A DNA stretch of 64,000 nucleotides, from assembly GCA_045613765.1 (NCBI GenBank), contig JAZLBO010000022.1:15854-79853 (forward strand). The letters are read 5' to 3'. The notes below the pieces were generated by a model, which had not been told where the DNA came from, searched no databases, and saw nothing but the letters and a program-made list of their open reading frames with translations. Shown here piece by piece: positions 46,701 to 58,700 of this stretch (position 1 is its first letter; each line of letters opens with the position of its first letter). Source of the DNA: Clostridia bacterium (GTDB lineage Bacteria > Bacillota > Clostridia > Christensenellales > CAG-917). Made by a program: the position numbers and the translations under genes.

Positions 46701-49700
46701 CGAAGGTATATTCTGCACTCATGATGTTTGCACCAATGTATGCTGTTCTTGTAAATGTGCCTGCCTCGATTTCATCTGTTGTAGGTGCGCCTGCGCTCCA
46801 AACAACGGGGACGCCTTCCTTGGTGGGTGTGCCGTCATTGTACACCACGTCTGCCACTGTGGGCAATGAGAACTCGCCAAATGCGTTGTAGATGAGGTTG
46901 AGGTTCTTGGGTGCAGTGAGAATTGTATCGACGTTTTCTGCGCCTGAAACGATTGTTTCACCGTTGTCGCCAACGAGATAAATCTTCACTTCAAATGAAT
47001 CTCTTGCAGGATAGACGATGCTGCCTTCATTGTAGAATTGGACTTCACGGATGACGTATGCACCGTTTTCGTCTGTTCTAAAGACCATCTTGCCGTTTTC
47101 TTCCACAAAGTCTGTTGCAAGTGAACCGGGTGTGCTGTCATCAATCCAGTTGACCTTGACGTTGGTCATTGTTGTTGCAACTTGTTCGCCCTTGACTGTG
47201 ACTGTTGTGGGAAGTTGCCATGCCTTGAATACGTTGTATTCAAATGAAGGAACTTCGTTTACGAAGTTGAGTCCTGTGAGTGTGGTGTTGCCACCGAAGA
47301 ACTTCACTGAACTATCTCCTTCAAGTGTCATTTCTGTGATTGCAAGTGAAGGAGTTGCAAGTTTGACTCTAAATTCTTGTGCGCCTACGGTTGCGATTGC
47401 ATATCTGTCGCCACCAACAGAGTTGACTGTAAATCCACCAAGATTCCAATCACGGACAAATGCCATTTCTGTATATTGTACGCCATCTGTTGTGTATGTG
47501 ATTGCAACTGCTGTGCCGTTTCTATAATCGCCCCACTCTCCAACTCTGAAATAGTTTTCAGAGTTGAGAATGTAGTGATATGTTGAAAGGTTGTAGGTCT
47601 TGCCGTCAAGGACGTATTCTGCATAGCCACTTGCTGTGTAGTTGTTGATGTCTTCAAGTGTTGCTTGTGACAATGTGTCGATTGCGCCACTTGTGATCAT
47701 ATCAACGTTGCTTGTGTTTGCAAGGAACTTGATTGATTTGATGTCCTTTTGAGGCACTGTAAGTCTAAGTTTGATGACTTGTGCTTGACCGTTGTGTGCG
47801 CCGTAAGGTACGCCGTTTGCATCCACCAAGAGATTGCCGTCTGCATCACAGGGATTTGCCTCTACCGTTGCGTAGAATGTGCCACCCTTGAAGATGTTGT
47901 CAACTTCCTTGGTGTATGTTGCATTGCTGTAGTACTTGACTGTTGACCAATCGGGCTTCATTGTGTGGTCAGGTGTTCCCTTTTCCTTGAAGTTGATTGT
48001 CAAGATGTTGTACTCATCTGAAAGGTTGTACCACTCAGGATCAAGAGTATGTTCACGGTTGACTGTAAGTCTATAGACGTTTGCAGTCATTGCTGTGACG
48101 TTGATAGGCACGTAAATGGTTTGTTTTCCACTCTTTTCTGTGCCGATATCAAGTTTTGCGTAAAGGTCTTGACCTTCGTAGCCGAGATATGAGAATTGTT
48201 CTCTTGTGACGCCCTCTGCAATGAGTGAATATTCACCGTCAACCTTCACGAAAGGTGCTGTGATTGTAAGTGAACTGCTGTCAAGGACGACAGGTTTGTC
48301 AGTGCCTTCAAAGATTGCCTTGATGTTGGTTGCAAATGATTCACCATTGATGACATCACTTGAATATGTGTCAAACGTGAGAGATTCTGTTTCAAGTGAA
48401 CTGAACACTCTGCCTGCAATCTTGACGGGGACTGAAACCTTTTGTGCGATTGCACCGTTGCCGGCTGTCAAATCGCCATCGCCAACAAATCCGTAGATAG
48501 GATCGCCATTGTCATCATAGCCTGTGACGTAACGGAATACGTTTGCGCCGACCAATGCTGTGACTGTGACGTCAATGCCCTTGTAGTAATCGTATGACAC
48601 TGAACCGTCTGCGCCTACTACCTTGATTTCTTCAAGGCGTTTTTCAAGGTTTGTAAGATCCCATGACACTGAAAGGTCTTGATATTGACCACTTGTGTAC
48701 TTGCCGTTTACATAGACAAATGTCTTGATGTATTCAGCGATTGAGTTATTAAGACTTGCATCTGCAAGGATGCTGTCAAGATCTCCAAATGCATCAAATG
48801 ATGTGAAGTTTGTTCTCTTGTCTGCATCCGTTGCGTTTGCTGATGTTGTTGTTGAGAAGTTTGCAATCTTTGCAGGATCGATTTCGTATCCCTTGACTGA
48901 AACTGTGACACTGCTTTCTGCGACTGCACTGAAGCCCCATTGATATTCAAAGTTGACGTCCACTGCACCACCTTCCCAGTTGAATGTGTATTCGTCGTAT
49001 GCGATCCAACCGACGGGGAAGTTTTTGCCTGTAGGCAACTTGTTGTAATCAAGGACTGCGTATTCAACGCCTTCAACAGTTTCTGTGACAACCTTGTAGT
49101 ATGTGCCACCTTCCACTGCACTGCCAACTGCCACTGCCACATATCTATCTGCCAACTTGGTGTACAAGCCCATTGTGAGTGCACCTGCGTTGAAGGATGA
49201 AATATCGCTTGCTGTTGCAACTGTGTACTTCAAGCCTGCAGTGTATGCATATTCAATCTTGTACTTGTTGCCGTGGATGTTGACCTTTTGATTGCCGTTG
49301 ACGTCGTTGTCAAGGACTTTATTGCCCTTTGCACGTGCATAGACCATGTCGCCATTGATGTCTGTGAGCACTGTACCGAAGGTGTACACCTTGCCGTTTT
49401 GGAACTTGATTCTCACAAGGTCAGGCATTGAAGGATTGTACTTGTTGCTGTCTGCATTGATGTCAATATTGATTGCAGATTGATTGAAGGTTGAGCCAGA
49501 TTGTGTATATGCGTACACGTTGGTAAGTGCGTATGCAGTTGTCGTATAGACGGGGATTGCATACATGACTTTGTTGAGTACGTAGCCATATACGTGACCC
49601 GCAAGATATTCGCCACTTGATGTGAGTTCTGCTGCACTGAAATCAATGGTTGATGCGTCCCAAATGATTGTTGTACCACCAAGGTAGTTTGTGTCGCCGG

Positions 49701-49775
49701 GGTTTGTTGATCCCACTGAGTCATATCCCTTGCCCGTTCCATTTGCCCAAGTGACCTTTGCCTTTTGAGGGAAGA
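43714..49775 (-). repeat. C-terminal array of degenerate Big_4-like (bacterial Ig-like, group 4 pattern) modules within the giant ORF
   Basis: Recurrent pattern [LF]-P-x-x-[AV]-x-V-x-[YW]-x-[DN]-G...V-x-W-[DS]...G-x-[YF]...V-x-V. Examples: FPQKAKVTWANGTG...IIWDAS, LPTTVTVKGEQV...VKVNWID, LPTVADVVYNDGTPTKEGVPVVWSA, FPARATITVEGGNTVNVPVTWDF. Confidence 0.55.
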
Positions 49776-52700
49776 TACTGGGATTTTCAAGGGCAGACTC
49801 GTTGAGAGTGATTGGCTTGCCGTCTGCAGTTGCTGCTCTTGTTGCAATATCTGTGACGATGATCTTTTCAGGAGGTGAGGATACTTGGTCACCGATGGTT
49901 GTTTCTTCAACCTTGGACACTTCCATAAATCCAAGCATTGCCGTGTTGTTTGAACCACTACCATCATTGTCGTAGGGGTTCATACGGAGGACGAAGTAAT
50001 CCCAACCACCGTTGTACATACCACTACCGAAGAAGTTGTCGCTGGTAGATGCATTGTCAAGACTGCTGAGTTCAACAACGCCACCACTGTAGCCGTAGGT
50101 CTTGCCCAAGTTATTTTGTCCCTTATAGATACCGTGGTTTGTATAAGTGTTGACAACTGTGCCTGCCTTTGTCTTGCTTGAGTTGACGTAGAGTTCAATT
50201 GCTTGAATACCACTGTACATCTTGAAGGTGCTGTTTGATGCAAAGCCGTAGTCGGTCTTGTTGGGGTTGATATCGATATAGATGCAGAGTGTAGGATCTG
50301 CTGCGCCTGCTTGTGCAAAAGGTATAGGCAAGATTGATGCAATGAGTTTTGATATGTTTGCAACAACGCCGTTTGCAAGTCCAGATGCCGCACCAAATGC
50401 TGCTGTGCCAACCATCTTTTCAACCACATCATCAAGGACCCACTTTGTCATTGCTGTAGGCAATGATCTCACAAGAGGTTCAAGGATGTTGACTCTTGCT
50501 GCAGTGTTGCCTGCCTTGCTGAGTTGGTCGAAGATGCTTGCAATATAACCCTTTTTATTTGCACCAAGTGATCTGTCTGCGCTCCAACTTTCTCCACTTG
50601 ACGTAATACCGTTGCCGTTGTTTACTGCAAGTTTTGCCATGTCGACGAAGTAATGTCTATCACTATGGCTATCAATACCTGTGTTGGTAAGACCGTCCAT
50701 TTTTTCTTGGAGCAAGCCAAGGACCATTGTGTACACGAAGACAAGAAGTTCGTTGTATGAATTCTTGTTGAGTGTGACCTTGATGGACATGTATCTTGTA
50801 TCGTCTGCCTTTGAAGGATCAAGTGCTTTCATGCCTGAGTAGTAAGGCACGTAGCCGTTGCTGTTGAACAAGTTCATTTCAACTTTCTTGAGAAGTCCTT
50901 CAAGACTCAAAGGATAACTGTACGTTGCTGCTGAATCACTTTCTTCGCCACTGCTCATTGCTTCACTTGCAGGATAACTGTAGGTGTATTGATCGCCATC
51001 CTTGTTTGATGTGAGTGCGATGAAGTGTGAGCCGTCTGTATTTGTCAAGGGGAATCCACTGACAAGGCTGCCAAGCAAACTGTTGAGTGTATCGCCCAAG
51101 AAGTCGAAGTCTGTGATGTACAAACTGTTGTTGAAGAAGTCGATTGATGCGCCCATTGCGCCACTGCCGTCACGTCTGTTGGGGTGAGTCATTGATGCCT
51201 TGAACGTCAATCTGTTGGTTGTGACGCCGTCACGGGTGACGTTTGCACGTGTTCCTATGAGTTCCACTCTCGTTGCAACGTTTTCTGTGATAACGTTGTT
51301 GCTTGTTGAGAGAATTGCGCCGTCAACCGTTGCTGTCCAGACACGCTTGTCGATTGTAATCTTCAGTGCAGGATTGAGTGATTCAATGACGCTTTGGACT
51401 GTTGCCATCATACCTGCAGTTGATGAGAGTGCAAGACCAATCTTTGCGCCCTTGAGTTCGTTGACTTTTGCGTTTACGTCAATCAAAGGCTTGTTGATTG
51501 ATGCGCTAATGCCACTGATGTCAACACCAAGGACTGTGTTGTGTCTGTCAAGAACGATTGTTGTGTTGACTGTTGTTGCGCTAAGGCCTTGGTTCAAGTC
51601 ATAGTTGATGCCTGCGCTGATTTGTTGGATGGGGAATCCATCAAGCATATCGCCAAGGTCAAGACCGAGCAAACTGATGAGTGTATTGATGAGTGCGCTA
51701 TCTGCCTTGAAGCCGATATATCCTTCTTGGATGTCAAGTTGGATGTCAACGCCACCAGTTGTTGCGCTTGCTGTTGCATCTTCTGCTGTTGATGATGCTT
51801 CGCTTTCGCTTGCGATCATACCACCGAGAAGTCCTTCAAGGTCCATACCTGCACTGCCACTGTTGGGATCGGTATTCATAGGATTGAGGATACCTGCCAA
51901 GCCATGGAAGTTGATGAGGCCAAGACCAAGACCTGTTGCATCAATGTAGAGTGAGTCTGCAAAGATCTTGTTGACGTCTGTTGTTGCCACAAGGTCATAG
52001 ACGTTGCCGTTCTTCTTAAGACCTGTTGAGCCAAGATAGTAGATTGCAAGGAAACTCTTGTTGGGAAGAATATCATCAATGGTGATGTCGATTGCAAAGT
52101 CACTGTACATGATGCCTGCAATACCCTTTGTGAGAAGTGCAGGAACATTGATGTCTGCTTCAACGTCAACGTTGATTGTGATAGGTCTTTGAGGCAATGT
52201 GATGATGAACTCGGTGTTCTTCAAAAGATCGATTTCGCCAACGAAACTCAAGATAAGGCTTTCAAGCCAGCCAACGAAGGTTTCGCTATATTCGGGGTTG
52301 AGCTTGCCGTTTGAATCGTACTTGGTGATACCTTCTGATGAGAGTGTCATTGACACTTCAAGTGTAAGGCTGATTGTTTCAATGCCGATTTGACCTGTTG
52401 TCACGTTGTATGCTTCGGTGTATGCAATGACGTGATCGCCGTTTCTATCGAGTACATAGTGTTCTTCAACATACTTGTATTCGCCATCCTTTGATGTGAC
52501 GTATTCACTGCCGACCTTTGCATAGCGTTGACCTTCATAACCTGCCTCTGCAAGTGCGTAGCCTGCTTCAACTTTGTTGTATCTTGTGCCTGCGTACTTA
52601 TACTTGCCGTTTGCAGATTCGGTGTAAGAGCCGTCTGCTTGTTTGTCGTATGTTTGACCTTGATAGTTCAAGAGTTCATCACCTGTGAGTTCAACAAATC

Positions 52701-55700
52701 TGTCGCCAAGTGCCTTGTGGGTTGCATTTGCAGAGTTGTAAACTTCGTACAAACTTGTTGTGCCAAAGCCTTCCTTCTTGTGCATACCAAATTCAAGGTT
52801 GACAACGTCTGCGCTTGCATAGAAGCCGTCGCTCATCTTGATGTTGAAGCTTGCAATATAAGGTCTTTCATCAACGCCATTGACAGGAGCGTATCCGTAT
52901 GAGTCAAACATGACTTCGCCAAGGTTGGGAAGGACGTTGCCAAGTTCTTTGCCTTGTTCGGAGTAGATTCTGTTGATAATTGCGTTGATTGTTGCCATTG
53001 ACAATGTCAATGAGAAGTATTGAGGATGGATCATTGCTTGCAAGAATGCCCAATCGTGAAGTGAAAGACCACCTGCAACGGTGCTTGTTGCTGCCATTGC
53101 TTCGCCATCTTCTACTGTTTCTGTGGGATTGAGGATTCCACCAAGGATTTCGTCAAGCATTGCGCCAAGTCCAAGTTCGCCAAGGTAAATCTTGCCTGTT
53201 TCGCCAAGGATTGTTGATGCGTCAATGTAAACGTTGTCGTTGGCAAGATAGATTGCCACGATGGGTTGATCCAAAACATTGCCGTTCTTATCATATTGGA
53301 CAACTTCAAATGCGATTTCAGTTGCGCCAAAGTTGTTAAGATCAATGTATGCGCCCAATTTGACTTGTGCTGAAGGATACTCTGCACTGCCCATATCGTT
53401 GATGATATTAAGGCGAAGTGTTGAGCCTGCCATATCGCTTGTGGGTGCAACGAGTCCAAATACAAGGTCAAGGATTTCGCTCAAATCAATGACGTTGTCT
53501 TCTTCGCCAATCTTTGCACTGCCGTAGTAGCTGACGTCCATTGCCATTGTAAGATTGAGTGTTGACTTTGTGATGTCTGCATAGTCAACAACCTTCTTGC
53601 CATCTGCGTCAACGTACTCGCCGTCTTCTTGTGCAATATTGAGGCTATCTCTGTTGGTGTAAAGACCAAGACCGTAAACCTTCATGTTAAGGCTCAAATC
53701 GCCGATAAGGAGATAATCGCCTGCTGTTGTCACATCATAACTTGCTCTGTCGTCTGCAACTGTCTTGCCCACGAGTTTTTCGTATGAATTGACGGGGAGA
53801 TATCTGTTGCCATCTGTGCCGTATGATGCGTATCTTGTGAGTTTGGTGGCTGCAAGATCTTCTGCTGTGAGCATTACAAATGCACCCTTGCCGTCTGCAT
53901 TGAGTGTAAATTCATTTGCGCTCTTCTTGAGTGTGCCGTTTTCACTGACAACGTATTGACCGTTCTTAAGTTCGTAACGTTGTCCTGTGTAGCCTGCTTC
54001 TGCAGTTTCAAATCCACTGAATACCTTTGTAAATGTTGTGCCGTCTGCTTCAAGGACGTATCTGTCGCCTGTCCATGCACTATTTGCATAGTCAACAAGT
54101 GCGTACTTGTCGCTTGAAACTTTGACGTGTGTGCCGTTGCCGTCAACCACGTATTGATCGTCAACAAGGCTGAACTTGACACCGTTGTAGTTTGCATATT
54201 CACTGACTTCTGCATAACTTTCGTAGCCGACCACAAATCCAAGGTTGATGCCAACTGAAGGTGAGCCGCCGCCAAGGTTGATGACGATACCACTTGTGTT
54301 TGCATCTTCTGTGATTTCAAGTTTGGGCAAGTAATCTGCGCCTTCAAAGTTGGGTGCGAGCATCTTGACCAAATCAACGAGAAGTTTGTCGTTGAAGCCG
54401 ATTGCAATAATGTCGTGTCCAAAGAGCACTTGACCAAGCACCATTTCTACGATACCAAAGATATCTTCGGGGATGATACCTGTGCTGCTTGTGACGTTTT
54501 CAATGCCGAGTTCTTCAAAGCCGAGTGTTTCTGCGCTTGATTGTGCCTCGCTGTCCATCAATGAGCCAAGGAGTGAAGCAATTTCAAGACCTTCAAACTT
54601 AACCTTGCTGAAGAAGTCACCAAGACCGACGATCTTGTCAAGTTCTTCAAGGTTCATATAGAGATTGAGTTTGCCGTCGTTGTCAATGTTCATCCAAACT
54701 TCGATGGTTGCGTTTTCATTGAAGTAGTTGGTTGTGCAAGTGATGTTGAAGTAGAGTTCGACACCCTTGAGAGCATTGATAATATCCCCACCGTTTTGTA
54801 CATAGTCAAGAAGGTTTTGGACGTTGAGTTTTGCCTTCATGTCAATGACAAGACCAATGTTTGCACCAAAGTTGCCGTTGTCCCAATCTGTTGATGCAAG
54901 GATAAATTCAAAGTAGTCATAGAGTTCTGTTGACAAGAACTGGGTCATTTGTTCTGTCCAGTTGATGACGTCACTGAGTCTAAGATCTATTGCAAGTGAC
55001 ATATCAAGTTCGACAGTTCCAAGATCCTTGAGCATTTCAAAGATGTCAATTTCGCCACCTGAAATGATTTGTCCAAGGTCAACGCTCATGATTGTGTTGT
55101 AGTTTGTGAAGTCATCTACTGCCTTGTAGTATGTTTCATTTGTGTCAAGGTTGATTGCAATGCCGTTTGCATCATATTCAACTTCCTTGCGCACATCACC
55201 ATCATAGTAGTAGAGTGAGCCACTTTCGTCCTTATCCCATGCAGGAATATAGTACTTCTCTATAGTTTCAAATGCTCTATATACACTAATATAACGTGCG
55301 TAGATGGATGTTGCCTTGGGTGAGATTTCAATGTGTGTGAAGTCTGCGCCTTCTGCCTTCACTGCGACACCGCCAACAATGTTGTAGCGTCTTGAAGGTG
55401 CAACGTATTCCATTGTGCCACTGTTGATGATATTTTCAACAACATATTCCTTGTCTGTGATGTTCCAGCAGTTGAGCATATCAATGTAGTTCGCCTTGCT
55501 GATGACCACGTTGAAGACTGAATCGTTGTTTACTTCTGCGTATCTTACTTCTGCTCTCTTATAGACAAGGATACCTGTTTGGACTGCGCTGTTGAATGCG
55601 CTTTCCGTTGCGTACACTTCTGTTGCCTTGACATAGTACTTGCGATCTGTGTGATATACGCCATTGCCAACGTCAACTGCATCTTCGGGGATAATTTCGC

Positions 55701-58700
55701 CTTGTGCCTTAAGTTCGCCAATTGCGTTGCCAATCTTCACGTATGCTTCTTCATAAGATGCATTATCGTCACGGACAAAGTTGCCGTAGTAGAAGATGTG
55801 GTTGTCTGCAACGTCGCCGTCAACTTCAATGCTACCCTTGTAGATTTCAATTCTTGAGTTGAAATCTTCCATTGTGCCGAAGTCGATTGTTGAACTGTTT
55901 TCTGTGCCGTTGAAGAGTTGTGTTTCAAGGCCGATTGTAAGGATACCCTTTGTGCCGTCTTCGTTGTAGAGATTGATATTTACACCTGCTGTGTAGGGGT
56001 TGAGTGTAAGGTTGACTCTTGTGTCAAAGTTGGGGAGCATATCGCCAAGTTCAACACCGAGAAGTTGAAGGAGAACTTCAACAAAGCCCTTTGTGATTGC
56101 AAGTGTAAGTTTTCTTGTGTAGATATTGATATACACGCCTGCGAGTGCAGGATTTGCATATCCGTCAACAAGACCTTCTGCTGCGCTTGCTTCTGCTGTG
56201 CTTGCTTCACTGCCACCAAGTGCGATTTCGCCTGAAAGGATACCTGCAATGAGTTCTTCAATTGAGTATGCACTCATATCAACTGCAAGTTTTCCACCTT
56301 CGCCGAGCATCCATTCAAGATCAAGATAGAGTGCTGCTTCGCCAGTGTCGATATCGTGGTTGTAGTAGATGCCGACCATGTGTGTGAGTGTGCCATCTTG
56401 ATAATTTTCGCCATCGTTTTCTCTGCGCCATACGTCAATTGCAAGGTCGAGATCAAAGATGTTGAGTTTGATTTCAGGTTTCCAGTCAATACGATATGAA
56501 ATGTTGATCTTGATTTCAAAGAGCATTTCTTCTGTGAAACCTTCAAGGACTCTAATCATTGCATTGTCAAGGTCGCCAACAATACCACCAAGCACTGAGC
56601 CAAGTGATTCTTCAACGCCTGTTGAGTACAAGACGTATTCGCCATTGTTGTATTGTTCGTAGTTGCCTTGGACAAATGTGTAACGGAGTGAAGGATCAAT
56701 GTCTGCTTCTGTGATTTGTTCACTTGCTGACTTGCCTGTGTTGACAAGTGCAAGATAATCTTCAACTGTCATGTAGTCATAGTAACCACTGACTGAAAGA
56801 CCACCACGGACTGTGAGTGCGATAAAGAACATATCGTCACTGTCAACGTACTTGATTTCTTCTCCACTTTCGTAGAGTGCAAGGTGCTTGACTTTTTCAA
56901 GGGTTGAGTCTGTGTTGACTTCCCAATCCTTTGTTGTGAAGTATGTTGCAAGATATTCGCCCACGGGCATATATGATCTTGTCCAACTGTCATACACGCT
57001 AAATGTTGTTTGTTCTGCTGTGTATGTTGCAAGTCTGTCTGCATCATAAAGTTCTTTGACCTTGCCGTCTGCACTTGTGAGTGATGTGCCAAGGACAAAT
57101 GCGTTTTCGTTCCAATTCCAGACGTATTCGCCATTGTTTTCAATTTCTGCAAGTTCCATCTTGTGGGTTGCTCTTGAAACAACGTTTTCTACTGTTGCAC
57201 GTTGATAATAGACTGTGCCGGCAGGTTCTGTGCCGTCTGCACGGACATAACTGTCACGATACCAAACTTGCTTGTAGAGTGCGTTTGTTGTAATTTCTTC
57301 GTAACGCTTGATGCCGAGTTCTGCAAGTTCAAAGTTGATGAAGAATGTACGGCCGTCTGCCATGAAGTCAACCATTTCTCCATCTGCAAAGTCAACTTCT
57401 GTATAGACTGTTGATGCAGGTACGTAGTTGCCTGATGCATCAATAACATAGAGTGATTCTGCATTGATTGCATAGTATTCGCCTTGATAGTAGAAGTAAC
57501 GGACGTTGTCGTTGTAGTTGCCAACGATATCAAGGCCGTCTGCTGTTGTACCGACGATGCTTTCCTTGACAATCCATTCGTCCTTTGTATCTACACTGCC
57601 AACAAATGTGTATGCGTATTCGGGTACAATATAATATCTGTCCCCTGCAGGTGTGTTTTCGTCTGCAAGTACGTAGTTGAAACCTTCAACACTGATTTCA
57701 GGGAAACCAACGTTGACACCGATTTCATATTCCCACAAATAGACCATGACGGACATGATGGGCTTTCTTTCGTATTTTGCAGGGTATGACACGAGCATAT
57801 CTGCTTCATCAATTGCGCTGAATACATAGTATTCATTGTTTGCTGATGAATCAAATGATGCCACTGCATATTTGCCACCACCAACGTGATAGTATGCATC
57901 TTCAAAGTTGGTTGTGCCAGTCTTTGAATAGTACTTGAAGTTGTCACCTGACATTTCTGCTCTTGCCTTTTCAATTGCGCTTGCCTTTGAAAGTGATTGA
58001 TAGTAATGTCCGGTTGATGTCAAAACCTTAAGATATGTGTCGTATGCCTTGATGGAGTAGAATTCGCCTTGATATGCTTCAAGTTCTGCATCTGTCAAGT
58101 CTGCCTTTGCAACATAGACACCGTCAACAAGAGCATAGTTTCCATTTGTCACGCCATCTTCAATGAAGAATCTCATATCTGAGTTGCTTTCTTCTGCTGT
58201 CAATGCGCTTTCATAGTAATAGACTGCTCTGTCTGTGTTGAGTTGTACGTAAGGTTCTTTTGTAAAGTCATTTTCATTGAATTGAAGACCTGTGTCAGAT
58301 CCTGCAAAGACCAATGAGAGAACTTCGTTGATGAAGTTGCTGTTGACAACGATTTGGACAAATGTTGATGTCATACGTACGCCAACCAAGAATGCTGTGA
58401 CATATTCTGCAAGTTCATCATCCAAGAGAGGAATTGCATTGTCGATTGTGTCTGTAATGCCCTCTGCTGTTTGTGCTTCTGATCCACCGTTTTCAAGGCT
58501 ACCAAGGAGTGAGCCAAGGATGCTTTCGACTTCGCCGATATGATCGTTTACTGTGCTACGGATTGAGTCACTATTGACATAGAAGCTGGGGAGATTGAGA
58601 TAACTGAGATCAAGGAACAATCCACCTCTTTCACGTCTGTAATCGCCATTGGGGTTGTTGTAGTAGTAGGTTGCGTCGTATGCATAACGAGTCATACCAA

